Below, one piece after another: positions 36,163-49,197 of a DNA stretch of 64,000 bases; the first letter of the stretch is position 1; every line of letters starts with the position of its first letter. The notes beneath the pieces are model-generated. The model searched no databases and was not told the DNA's origin. It saw only the letters and a program-made list of their open reading frames with translations. The position numbers were made by a program, and so were the translations under genes. This stretch comes from Podarcis erhardii (Eukaryota): NCBI GenBank assembly GCA_964252035.1, contig OZ176208.1, one strand, 5' to 3'.

Positions 36163-37618
36163 CATAAGCTTCCATACCCACCAGTCTCAAACATGCAAAG
36201 TGCGAAGTAGGCTAGACCTGTCCTCACAAAGACATCACACACAGCAACATTTCCCAGACCACTGGAAGGTAATCTCTTCAGCATGCATAGGCTTTACTCC
36301 AAAGGCCAGGGTTCTCATGTCTGTGGAGGAAACCCTCCTTTCAACAGCTACTAGCCGTGATAACTATCGTATGTTCTACCTCCACTCTTGGAGGCAGCAA
36401 GCCTTTGGACATCAGTTCCTATGGGGAGAGTGCTGTTGCACCCAGGTCTAGCTGGCAGGCTTCCCCAGGGGATCTGATTGGTAGCTGTGAAACAGGATAT
36501 TGGAATAGATAGACCTTTGGTCTCAATTCAGGAGGGCTCATGTTCTGATACTCATGCAGAGCCAATCCTGTATCAGCTGAAGGATGTTGTTAGCAGGCAC
36601 CTTGTCAAGGGAAAGAGCTTGCATTGTGCATTCCCGCGGGCACCTTTGACCATTCAGAAACAAACACCCAATTTCATTTAGTGGGACACTCCCATTGAAC
36701 GGCATACCACAAAGCAACTTTCGTGTCTTTGCTATATCACAATTTGGAAATGAGCCTTTACTTTAAATCCCATCCACATCACAGTATGTACAAACCTGTG
36801 TGCTTAAATTGTGTGCATTGCATTAGGCCCCCCCCCCCAGTTTTATTTCACTTTGAAATAGGGGGAATATAAGTATTTTGCATGTTTATATGTTAGAGGG
36901 TTTGGATCCCCAAACAGATTTAACAGTATTTGCATATGCAGTAATATAGAACAGGACTGTGAATATTTGGTGACTAAGCAAAGTTCACTGTTTATCCATA
37001 AGCCATTACAATATTAATTACATTTATGTTACTATTAGAATGTTAAAATAAAGATAATCCAAATATATATATGCAGGGGAGAGTTTTAAAACTCTCATTG
37101 TGTCAATTTCAGAAAATGATTACAGCATTATTTTTGCTTTTGCTTTTTTAAAACATATCTATCATGGCCTGGTTGCTGCTACTGCAAATGTCACCATCTT
37201 AAGAGTTGTATATTTATTTGGATAGCACCAAAAATGTTTTACTTTCATCATCATTTACATTTGGCAATATTTATGATACCATTTGTGTTGTAACATAAGA
37301 ATTTTAAATTCAACTAGTCCTACTATATTATATTTGGACATGCAATACAATTTGTCTTTATATCTTAGTCCAAACCATTTAAAGACTGCAGAATGAAGTC
37401 TGGCTCCAAGTAAGAGCTGCTTCAGTCACTGCTATATACAACATCCAGCGTTTGTATGGATTACATTTTAATATTCTCATGGAAGCTTAATTAGAGTGGA
37501 TTATTACAAGATCATAAGAATATCATGCTGCAATAGGATCATGTAGCATGGAGTATTATAAGCTGGCTAATATTTCAAACTGTCTCTCCATATTATTTTG
37601 GCACAAATGTAATAGGAG

Positions 37619-38186
37619 CATAGAAAGCTGCCTTTTACAGAGTTTGATCATTGTTCAGTCTAGCTCACTACTGTGTACACTGGCTGGAAGCAGCCCTTCA
37701 GGCAGAAATATTTCCCATTCCTACCTTTCGGTGCCGGAGACTGAGCCTGAGATAAAGGTAAAGGACCCCTGGATGGTTAAGTCCAGTCAAAGGCGACTCT
37801 GGGGTTGTGGCACTCATCTCACTTTCAGGCTGAGGGAGCCAGCGTTTGTCTGCAGACAGCTTTCCGGGTCATGCGGCCAGCATGACTAAACCACTTCTGG
37901 AGCATCGGAACACCACAACGGATGCCAGAGCACATGGAAATGCTCTTTACCTTCCTGCTGCAGTGGTACCTATTTATCTACTTGCACTGGCGTGCTTTCG
38001 AATTGCAAGGTTGGCAGGAGCTGGGACAGAGCAACGGGAGCTCACCCCATCGTGAGGATTCAAACTGCCAATCGGCAAGTCCACAGCACCACCCGCTTCC
38101 CTGAGCCTGAGATATTAGTCTGCTCACCCTCATTGGTGGGCGGTTGCTTACAAAGCATATTCTCCACTACTGAGCTAAGGCCCTTC
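37619..38186 (-). mobile_element. Old Squam2-like SINE split by a Sauria SINE
   Basis: Tail 'gaaagctgcctt..agtctagctcactactgtgtacactggctgg' on the left and head 'tctccactactgagctaaggccct' on the right of the nested insert. Confidence 0.6.
37755..38100 (-). mobile_element. Sauria/Squam1 SINE, near full length
   Basis: Tail 'aaaggtaaaggacccct', Bov-B-like 3' part, 'ggtacctatttatctacttgcac', and 14-bp TSD CTGAGCCTGAGATA (37741-37754, 38101-38114). Confidence 0.9.
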
Positions 38187-38820
38187 CTGAAACAGAATAC
38201 CAAGTTGAACATTGTATTTTTAAAGGCTGTGCTGAATTTTCACCAACTTAGCTTTTCAAAAGTGGCTCTTTCATAGAATCATAGAATTGTAGAGCTGGAA
38301 GGGATTCCAAGGGTCATTTTTAGCAACCCCCTGCAATTCAGGAATTGTGCCCTCAGCCTCCTTGGGCAGCCACAAAGCAGCAACCTTCTAGTTAACAACC
38401 AGGTGCACTGACACAATGTGCCACCGGGGATATGAGAGATATTTGCCAACACACCAAAGAGTCGAGAGAGAAATATTTTTGGGTAAACAGGTTATATTTA
38501 TTGACTATAACAAATTAGAGAATCCAAATTAACCAGACTGAACCAAATTAAATTTGTCCAGGCAAGTGGGTGGTGCATGCTAGAGCTTTGCAGAATTAAA
38601 GCGAAACTGAAAGAGTTCTCCATGGGTGCTGATGGACATGTAGAGAGCTTCTTCACCTGAGAAGGAAACAGAGCCCTTTCCCACATCATCCAAGCACATG
38701 GATAGTGTTCCCAGAACGGACGTTGGTGGTGCTGGCTGGCAGTGTGCAAGGGGTGTTGTGAATAACACTGCCTACTTGACACTCTGGTGACTGGAACTTG
38801 AGAAACTGTATTGGCCCTTT

Positions 38821-38956
38821 CAGCCTTTCTCAACCTGTGGGTCCCCAGGTGTTGTTGAACTACAACTCTCATCACCCCTAGCTAGCAAAGCCAGAGCTCA
38901 GGGATGATGGGAGTTGTAGTCCAACAACATCTGGGGACCCACAGGTTGAGAACCAC
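38821..38956. mobile_element. Hairpin hAT-type MITE (degenerate)
   Basis: Foldback 'ttctcaacctgtgggtccccag..actacaact..catca' / 'tgatgggagttgtagt..ctggggacccacaggttgagaa'. Confidence 0.8.
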
Positions 38957-40514
38957 AGAGTCTAGATTGTCCCTTCCCTCAATAGCAATAGTTAGTTATA
39001 GGCTTTTCAACCAACTATTATTACCTGACAAATAATCATCACATTTGAGCAGATTTTGCAAGCATGTTGCCAGTCACAGCACTGTGTTGGAGAGAAAATG
39101 GAATGTCTGAAGTTTAATTTGTGTCAAGTTAAAATGGAAGGGGAAGCAGAAAGACACATGGGCAGCCACAGCAAACTGCAGAGTTGCACTGAAGCTATAG
39201 TTTGGTTTGGGAATCTAGGAGGGTTTTTTCCTTCCTCCTACTCAACTGATAGGAGTGGTCAGAATATAAGCAACCCTGTTTTTTGTAAAGGGATGCAGCA
39301 TGGTCTTAAAATAGCACTTATGTCGGCTTTTGTCGCATTAACTGTGGGAACTCTGGTGGAAATACATTTAGGCACTTGAAGACTATAAGTTCTGAGATAA
39401 GCCTGACTGATACCGTGAACAGCTTTCTTGAGAGGTAAATTGCATGCAGAAACTAAACATGACAGGCGGAGATAAAGCACTTATTATGATTAATACCAGA
39501 AGATGTAACAATCTTTACTTACTGCAGCCCTGCGGAAGCCTTACTTTTTTACCTGGTGATAATGTTTACCATTCCATTTGCACTCCTAGGGTAGTTTGGA
39601 GTTCTTCTTAGCTGACCAGTTTATCTGTGAGAATTGGCACCCAGACATATTTCAATTTTGGCATTATTGCTGTGCATTGTTTAACAGATCTATAAGACCT
39701 AACATCTTACACACCAATTAAAATATAAAGCATGCTGACAGAAATAAATTTCTTTCTTTTTTTATGACCATGGCCTTAACTGTGCCATCCATCAATTGTT
39801 ATGGGTCTTCTTATGAACTGTTTACAGGATGTCTCATGCAAACATAACTACTCAGACTCCTTTTGTATACCTGTGAAAAGTAGCCCTCCCCTCCCCATCA
39901 ATGACTTTAATAAAGGTGGTGCTAGCATTGAAAGAAGCCATGTTTCGGTTCTCTTTTCTGAGTGTCTTGGAGTGGTTAGATGAGGACAGTTTTCTGTGGT
40001 GCTGTTCAAATTATGGAGCTCTTATATTTCAGGCATCAAGCAAAGTCCATCTTGTTCTCCCCTGATTTTTTAAAATTCAACTTGCATGTGCTAATTTACT
40101 TATTTATGTTTCACAAGAAATGAGGGGAAAAACAGGAGAAGAGAAAAAGAAATGAATATTATAAATTAAGCAAAACTGAATAAACAGTATCACATAAACA
40201 ATATAGAATACAAATACAAGGGAAACTAGTGGCTAGAGAATCAGAGACATAGCATGTGGCTACTCATATAGTACCTAACCAAAGTATATAGTTGCACTAC
40301 ACATCTTGCTGTTCCAGTAATGCATAAAAAGATACATTTTTTAAATTAAATCGACCACCTTGGAGCACTTGGGACAGTATATAGTGGGCAGAGGGGATTC
40401 CAGTTGTGACTAGGACAAGGTCAAGGGTTGAAGACATGGTCCAATGTATTTCTGCTTAAATTATACTAATTTAAACTATTATATCTGAACCACATGATGC
40501 TATAAAAGTATTCA

Positions 40515-40519
<5 letters not shown>

Positions 40520-40556
<37 letters not shown>
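40520..40556. repeat. (AAT)n microsatellite
   Basis: Direct reading. Confidence 0.95.
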
Positions 40557-41836
40557 TTCTGACTTTGCATCTATACATATAAATTTGCATGTGTACATTT
40601 TAATGCAGATCTATGCCTTATCCTTGATAATGCTGCTTCTTCAATACACAAGTGGCCAGCATAGGAAAGAGTACAATGAGGGCACCTGTACACAGGTGTC
40701 TGTTCTTTCCCCCTTTTCAGCTACTAGCTTGGGGAGGGAGAACGAATTTAAATCAGACAAACAGAATGGGAGGAAGGCGGTAAAGCTTTTGCTGTACAAT
40801 GGCTTCAGTCCAAATCATGCCCCTATGCAGCTGCTTTTAATGAAACACCTCTCTCTCTCTCTCTCTCTCTAGATATGATCAGCATCATGTAATTTAGCCC
40901 TTTGTAGCCATCTCATGCATTAGGCCATTGCCCTCTTATACTGCCCTATTCCAAACTTAGGTTATATACTTGGACTTTGGCTTTTAAGCTTTCTTTCTCA
41001 ATGTTGCCTCTAGAATTCCTTAATCACTTGTATATTCGCTCACTAGCCAGCAAAATGTCTGCCAAAGAGTGGAGTGCCTTTCAACTCCAACAAAATATAT
41101 GAGCTTTGACAGAAAGGAAAAGGTGGAGATGTTAAGCAAACCTCCTCCCCTCCCCCTCTGCTTACCTCCTGTCTCCCTCCCATGTATAATTTCCTAGCAG
41201 TAGCTAAACTCATGGAAACTTATTTTCTTAATTAAATTAGACGTGAAATCAGTGGTATAGATTCAGTCCCCTGTTTGTGGTTTTCTTTTTATTAATTAGA
41301 TCTGTGCCATCTGTCTCTGTTTATCTCTTCCTCAACCTTTTCATCTACTGTTTTATGTTTAGATGTTAAACACATATTGGTTTTCATGAGGGCTGCTGGA
41401 GCTACCATCCCGAGCCGGAAAAACACTCCAGCTTTCGTCTCGGCAGAACCCATTAGAGGAGAAAAATTGAGAACATCAGACAAGTACACAAATAGATAAC
41501 AGAAAGGTTCACCAAATCCTGCCAACGGATGGATAAAATAATATTGCCACTATAGTTCATCTAGGTCTCAGAAAGGCTCTTCACCATTAGCTAAACAATG
41601 GGTTCAGCATTAAGGCTTGGGTGCATTAGTCTCCTGGACACCTCAAATCTTTGAACAGATCAGAGTACTTTTGATGGAGAGCAACCACCACTCAGACCAC
41701 AAATCAAGGAGAGAGCTAGGAGGTGAGCATCTATGTCAATTATGTTTGAATGGAGCTCCCTGGAGGTACCTTTCCAGTCAAAGGGCAGGACATAGAGGCC
41801 TATGTCATGCCCTGCTACCAAAAGAAAGAAAGAAAA

Positions 41837-41878
41837 AGGAAGGAAGGAAGGAAGGAAGGAAGGAAGGAAGGAAGGAAG
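41837..41878. repeat. (GAAG)n microsatellite
   Basis: Direct reading. Confidence 0.95.
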
Positions 41879-42569
41879 ATGAGCATGGGAGGGAAGGGCC
41901 TAATGGCAGCCCAAGAAATTTTGCTGCCCGAGGCAAAGGTCAAAATGATGATGAGGGTTTGACAAATTCATAGAGGGTAAGGTTATCAGTGGTTGTTAGC
42001 CATGGTTTGTGTGTTCTACTTCCACTGTCAGAGCCTCTGGTTGGCCAATGTGAGAAGAGAAGGCTGGGCAATATGAGCAGAAGTCTTATGTTTTTAGTTC
42101 AGTAGCCCATACAATATAACCTAAAACTTAGCATCCAAATAATTGTTCTGTTTCATGTTTTCGACAACAATAACAAAAGTGTTTCTGAACTGGAAAACAA
42201 GTATTTGGCCTTAGATCTTTTTCTAAAATAATTGTAATATATTTAAAAGGTTTTTATACCTGCCTTTACAGTAAGCATTTCCCCTTTATATGTGACTCGT
42301 ATGTTTTCTTTTTTTAAAAAAAAAAGTCACGACAGAAGAAACAATTTTTGAGCTTTATTACATGAGCAAACTTTTGTTCACATAACTGAGGTACATAGTT
42401 GGTGTAAAAGGGCTGATTTGTGTTAACTATAGTTCAAGAAGCATTAAGTGAAAGTTCCAGATAAACAGTTTTTTAAATGCTGGAGTTTGACTCTAATGGA
42501 AACGAGAGATATTAGGCAGTTAGATAATAGTGCTCAAGAAAGAAAAAGCTTAGATTATTGAAGGCGAAG

Positions 42570-42870
42570 TCTATCAGCTGGTGCTGATGGATACAATGCA
42601 CTGGTCATTTCCCCAAGTTGGCGAGGCTCATTTGACAGCAACAAGGAACTGAGCCTTGAGTGTCATCAGTCCAGTACTGGAGTACTCTACCAATAGAGAT
42701 TCAGCAGGCGCCTTCTGGGTCAACTTTTAAATGTCTCTTGAAAACTTTTCTATTCCAGCCGGCTTATACAGGCAATTAAGAATACATCTTCTCATAAAAG
42801 CATATTGGTGATTTAAACATTTTTGTATGGTTCCTGTTGTATGGTTTATGTACAACTGCTGTAAATTGTT
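42570..42870 (+). mobile_element. Old L2-like LINE 3' remnant
   Basis: 'gagccttgagtgt..gagattcagcaggcgcc..cttttaaa..ttgaaaac..ctattccagc.ggctt' resembles the L2 ORF2 end and UTR. Confidence 0.45.
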
Positions 42871-42892
42871 CTAATTTTTTTTTTTATGAATA

Positions 42893-43118
42893 CAGTGGTA
42901 CCTCGGGTTACATACACTTCAGGTTACACACTCCACTAAGCCAGAAATAGTGCTTCAGGTTAAGAACTTTGCTTCAGGATGAGAACAGAAATCGTGCTCT
43001 GGTGGCGCGGCGGCCACAGGAGGCCCCATTAGCTAAAGTGGTGCTTCAGGTTAAGAACAGTTTCAGGTTAAGTATGGACCTCTGGAACGAATTAAGTACT
43101 TAGCCCGAGGTACCACTG
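42893..43118. mobile_element. Tc1/mariner (Tigger-like) MITE
   Basis: TA|CAGTGGTACCTCGGG .. CCCGAGGTACCACTG|TA (15-bp TIR, TA TSD). Confidence 0.92.
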
Positions 43119-44964
43119 TAGTAGTGTGCGTGTGTGTGTGTGTGTGCTTATCTTTCTTTTACACAAATGAACCAAAAGCATTCTACGTCTGTCAGTTACT
43201 CAGGATGAAAGTGACAAGGGCATAATTCATTATTTGGCTTGGCGAATTTTTTTTGCCACAAAGCATCATTCAGAAGAAGGTACCATTCAGTGGTGCCAAC
43301 TTGAATAAAATATTGGGGGGGGGCAGGTAAGCCCTGCCCCACATAATTGATCCAAGATGCAGCACGCACACACCAATTGAATGGCAATGCCCATCTACTT
43401 TTTTGGGGGCGGGAGGCCTGTCCTCTCAAATATTTTACTTGGGGGCCCAAAGTGACCTCAGCTCCTATGAGTTGGCTCCTATAGTGTCATTAATGTTTGA
43501 TAGCAAATAGACATCTATGTGTGCTTTTTTACATTTTGTGAAAGCTTGTCCAGGAGTTTTCAGTTGGCCTGGACCACGGCACAGACATGCAGTTTTAAGA
43601 TGATGCTCTGAGACATTTAAACGAATGGCTTCTGGTGACTCACATCCACTCCAGGTGCAACCAACTAGCTCATAAGAGACTTATGCTAATTACAGCACAT
43701 TCAGTTATATAAGAGGATAAAGAATTGAGGCAAACTGTGCTGCCAACTGGGTTTCACTCAAATGTAGTATTTCAAATCAACTATTTAGCACACCCACACA
43801 CCCACATACCCAGGCTGCCACCTACAAATATATTTTCTTTTTTTCCTACATGTTGGTGAATTTTGATCTAACAGAGAAAATTAACCTCCACAAATGTACA
43901 ATGATATATAAAAAAATAGTTTGGCACATGACATAAATTCCTACAAAATGCAGAAACATAAGGACATGATTTACATCATTAGTACCCAACTACATTTCAC
44001 TAAACTCCAAAATATTGTGCTTCATATGAGGCTGAGGTGCTTTCGAATTGCCCTCATACCATTAAAAAATAAAACTGTTTTAAGAGTAGGGCTAAGACTA
44101 TTTCTGCTTATACAATTTCCATGTGTGCTGAGCTGTTAAGTACATTCTACAGTTATGTTTACAGACTCATTGAAGATGTCCCCCAGGTGCAGCTAAGGTC
44201 ACATTGTTCAGTAAGTGGGTCACCACGATTCTTTTGCTTTACAGCACAGGGACCCTCATCTCCCACATGGAACATGAAGGAATTAAATGAGTAATTCTCA
44301 TTAGAGCTAACGGGCATTCAGTTCTGAGATCTATCCCGCCTCTAGCCACTTCCATTCCTCCCTTATGTATTTAGAAGAGCAAGACCTTCATGTCTCCACA
44401 CACCTCATTTAATCATTAGTCTAATAATATTTTAGGCCCATTTCAAGCTCTCTTGGAAAAATAGGCATTCATGGCCAAGGGGAGTTCATCCCCGCCCCCC
44501 CAGCAGATGTACTGTTAAACTGAGTAATATTTCTGCCAAGAAGCCCAATACTACAAACATTCAATTGCCATTTGTAATGTCCTCCCATTTACCTTTTGGA
44601 GACTAATCACGGCAGTAATCTGGTAATACCTGGAAGTAAGGGTAAGTAAATGCTGAACTGTGCTTCTTTGCACATATTTTCTTCATATTAACATAGTCTG
44701 AAGCACTGCATGGCAGTATAATTTGATTTCTACATCAACCTTTTCTAAGAGGACACGTGAGCATTTAATTTTTTAAAAACATAGGCTCCAGTCCAACTGG
44801 AGTGCTGTTTAGGAGGAGATATGTAATTACACCAGAGTCACTAAAATTTTGAGGCCAGTGGACATATTTGTAATTTTGAAAAAGCACAGTGGCCACCAGT
44901 CACAAAATGGCTGTTGCTGGCATAGGCCGCTGCAGTACATTTTATTAGGGTGTGCTCCCAGGGA

Positions 44965-44996
44965 ATGAATGAATGAATGAATGAATGAATGAATAT

Positions 44997-45031
<35 letters not shown>
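44965..45031. repeat. (GAAT)n(ATTT)n compound microsatellite
   Basis: Direct reading. Confidence 0.95.
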
Positions 45032-45032
<1 letters not shown>

Positions 45033-45842
45033 ACTAAGAACACCACGGGTGAATGTGTCTGTTCACCGGAGGGTTGGTGGTTGAAGCCCCCACAGGTACG
45101 GCTGTGGGCTGGATTCCTGCACTGCAGGCAGTTGGACTTGATGACCCTTGGGGGGGGGGTTCTACAATTCTATAAGCAGGGATGGGGAAACAACACGACA
45201 AAGGAATAAGGACAAGAAAGATGCAAAAAGTTAACAAAACAAACACAACGAGAGTGGTCAAGAAGCCACACCAGGATGTTTTTTTCCTGCCGTAAAAAAG
45301 ACTTGCGGCCAAGCTGACCAGAGGCAGGGCAGTTCTGGAAGGCTGAGGGAGTGGGAAATGACTCCTCCTCCTCCTCCTTGTCAACACACAACAAAAGCAG
45401 CCCCTCACCCCCACAGATACCTCTCCACAAAACATGGCAATGGGCGCTCAGGAAGAGAAGATGTCAAGAGACAGACGCAGGCAAAAAAGAAAGAAAGCCT
45501 GGAATGATTCTGCAGCTTCTGCCCACATCTGAATCTGGATGCAGTGATTGGCTGGTGATTGGCTCAAGTGGCGGCAGAAGAGATTGAACCAATGCAAACA
45601 AGGACTGAGCAGGAAGAGGAAATAGACTCTTGTGCGTTGTGGATTTTTGAGGGGATATTTATGGAGACCTTTTGTGACTGCCACAGAAAGTACCATGTTG
45701 GTGACCACTGAATGATGTAGCCAGGGTATATTTTGGCTTCCTGATCTGTGTACATGTGAACATACAGAAAGATGGGAGCATTTTGAATACCTTCCCTCTA
45801 ACCACTAGGCAAGCCTTTTCTTACCGTAGGCAACTTGTACAA

Positions 45843-45978
45843 CAGGCATAGGCAAACTCAGCCTTCCAGATGTTTTGGGACTACAACTCCCATCATCCCT
45901 GACCACTGGTCCTGTTAGCTAGGGATGATGGGAGTTGTAGTCCCAAAACATCTGGAGGGCCGAGTTTGCCTATGCCTG
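45843..45978. mobile_element. Hairpin hAT MITE (136 bp)
   Basis: TIR CAGGCATAGGCAAACTC / GAGTTTGCCTATGCCTG, whole-element foldback, TSD TTGTACAA / CTGTACAA (7/8). Confidence 0.92.
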
Positions 45979-48356
45979 CTGTACAAGCCATACATGACTT
46001 TAGAACAGAGTGTTCTGATCCCGTTCCTTCTGGCTCTTTTTCACAGGCAATCTATCAGGTGTGCCTTTTGACAAAAATCCTTTTCACCACTAAGTCACAG
46101 CCTGGCTCCCAGACAACTTCTGTGCCCTATTTCGTTCTGACTCATGTATTAAAGGGAATAAATCTACAAGTTTGGACTGTAAAAAGGGAGAAAGCCCTGC
46201 TTGCCCCTGTACATCTTCTGGATTTCATTGTGAAAGATTTCTTTCATGTTTGACTGATTCATGCCTGATGTTGAAAGTGCATTTTGCCAAAATCTTATAC
46301 TCAGCTTTTATTTTTGGCAACAGAGCATCTCATAATTCAATTTGTAACCAAACGGGGAATATCTTTCTTAGTCTGATAAGTGATTGTGCCTTGCAGTAAT
46401 ATTCAGAGCCTTATATTATAGCAGACATAAACAAAAGTTCCTAAAACTTCAAGACACATAAAAAAAAATTCCTCTTTTTCTTCTCTATTCCAAACACCCC
46501 AGTGCTTTTCCTAGTAGACAGCTATGGTTCAATCTACTGCTTTCCCCTACCCCTATTTCATTGCATCTGAGCTGTCCACAGTTTCTTCCAGCCTCCTTAT
46601 CAGTGGAAGAAAAGGTATGAGACCATTAACAACGTCCTCAAGTCTCACCTCCTGACTTGACCCCTCCTAATTTTAGCCAAATCATCCATGTCCCCATAGC
46701 CTTCGGGAAAACAAGAGGCAACGGGGCTGAGCTTCCTGAAGTTTGACAATACTTTCCTGCTTCCCCTTTCCAGCCTGCCCCCCACTACACAGCCCCACAG
46801 CCTCATAAAACTACAATTCCCAACACCCTTAAACTATACTTCCCAGGACTATTTTTGGAAGAAGAATGTGCTTTAATTGTATTATTCATACACAGCCTAT
46901 GTAATTGAATTCTAAGTTCTCTGACTCTCCACAAACCAAAACCCCTTACACATCATAAGCCCATTCCCAGAATGCTAAGAAGAAGATGACTATGCAAAAC
47001 TGCTTCCAGTGATAGCTTGGTTTTTTAAGTGGCAGAAATCTTTTGCAGGGAGAAATATTTCAGTCACTTGAGCCCCCACCTGCATTCTAAAGTGATATAG
47101 TCTGGACACAGTTTTACTAAGCCTTGACTCTTCTAAGTAATGGAGAAATCTAGCCCTTATGGCTCAGGTGCCCATTTCAAATACACTAGGAGCCATGCCG
47201 TAGGCCCAATTCTGTGGAAGTTGCGAGTTACCTGTATTTCATTGGCTGATGCATGCAAGTTGAGCTCTCAGATTTAAAATTAGTTTGAATAATGCTTGCA
47301 ACAAGATTTGCAATCTGAAAAGTGATTGGGGAGTGGGGGAACCCCACTTACCATATTTACATTAACAAGCAACTAGTATATCAGCTTGTGGGATGTTACA
47401 TAACATGAGACTCCCATTTATGATTTATAATATTGACCATGGAGAGCCCTGGTTAATCTATTCCTTGCACTGCTGTTTTCTATCAGTACTGGTCATACCC
47501 ATTTCTTCTCAATAAATAAGAAATGGCAAGGAGATAGATTTGAAAAGGTATCTACATTATGAATACACTAATTTGACAAGTCTGGCCACTGCACCCTAAA
47601 GCCCTCATCCTCCAAGCTACACATGCATGAGAGGGCCCTGTGATTTTCTGTCCTCAAGAGAATACTCTCCATTCCTTCTTCCCTGTTCCAGAGAAGCAGA
47701 TATGTTGCCTCGGCTTGTACATTTGGCGAATCATTCTTTCAAAGGACAAAAATTATTTAAACACACTTTCTTTTTAAGTGAAAGGATGAATGATAAATTA
47801 TCTCCATTCATAGATGGGCCAGAGTACAGCTGCGTTCTATTATCATCAGTCAAAAATGTGGAGTTTTGCCATTGGACCTGTTCCATGTTCTTTCTCCATG
47901 ATGTAAACAGCAGCTCAGGAACATATATCAAGAACCGTCTGTTTGAAATGTAAGGTGAACCAATTTTTCTACATCTATTTTGGTTTGAAGATATAAACTA
48001 CTGTTGCAATTTATACTAAATGAACTCAGAAATGCAGCAGATTATTTTTCAGTGGTGATATCAAGTCAATGCTCTTTTCCTGGTGATGGTTGATTTGATC
48101 TCAACCGAACAGGAATGTTTTGCTTGTACTGAGTTGACTCTTCCAGAAAATTATTTATATATACTGTAAGGGAGACTGGAAGGCTAGATAGAAAAGCCTG
48201 GAAGGCTGCATTTGGCATCTCTGAATATAGCTCAGAGAGATAGCCAGCAGTGTACCCTCATGGCCTTATAAAAGGTCAACCAAGCTGTGGTACAAACTTT
48301 GTCCCACAGTTTCCTAATGGGAGGAAATGGTTCCCAAAGTTGTGTGTGAATGAGAA

Positions 48357-48543
48357 TATAGGAAGCTGTTGTACGCTGAGTCAGCCCATTAGTCCATATA
48401 GTTCAGTATTACCTATTCTGACTGGCAGCACACTAGGATTTGAGAGAAGGTTATTGTCCAACTCTACCTGGTGATGCCAGGTTTGAACCTGGAACCATCT
48501 GCTTGCAAATCTCGCATGCTGCCACTGAGCTGGGGACCTTCTC
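48357..48543 (-). mobile_element. Squam2-like SINE
   Basis: 'ataggaagctg..gagtcag.ccatt.gtccat.tag.tcagtatt..gactggcagc..ttgaacctgg.acc..ccactgagct'. Confidence 0.7.
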
Positions 48544-49149
48544 CATGTGAATGTCGCACATCTCTTTGGGACTTGAATGTACTATTCTAGCCTTGCCAGA
48601 GCACACGTACTTCATATCTATGAAGCTGATATAGCTAAGCAGAACTTACTTTTCCTGAAGATCTGACCACCTGTGAAGGATGCATCAGAGCTTTGGGGTA
48701 GTATTTACACATTGGATCATGCCTTTGTGGTTGAACAGCAGTGAACTGGCTAAGTAATCAGCATGCCACAGTGCACGTTATCTATTCAGCAATGCTGTGC
48801 AATGATGAGCAGATACCTTTAAAGGCCTTGACTCTGGCTATCTGAAGGGCCATCTCCGTGAATATGAACCTGCCCATACACACAGATTTACAACCAAGGA
48901 CCTGGTCTGTGTCGTCCTCACTCTCTCTAACTCCACTATTAATCTGAGTGCAGACTGTGGAATGCCCTCTTGAGGGAGCCCCATCTGACTCCTGTGCTAA
49001 TGGCTTTCAAATAAACTAGAAAACAATTTTCAGCAGGCTTCTGGTGCTGCATGGTTGAAAACTTTTTAAAATTAAGTGACCTGGTTCTGCCGCTATAAGA
49101 AATGCTTTTTTTATTATTCATTTTGGTCACATGTGATATTGTCATTGTA

Positions 49150-49150
49150 C

Positions 49151-49196
<46 letters not shown>

Positions 49197-49197
49197 T
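49150..49197. repeat. (TAT)n microsatellite
   Basis: Direct reading. Confidence 0.95.

Noticed and set aside
44495-44515. CTCF-like CCAGCAGATG core (also GCAGCAGATGGC near 27890)
   Set aside because: Only partial matches to the CTCF motif; not distinguishable from chance without a PWM scan or ChIP data.
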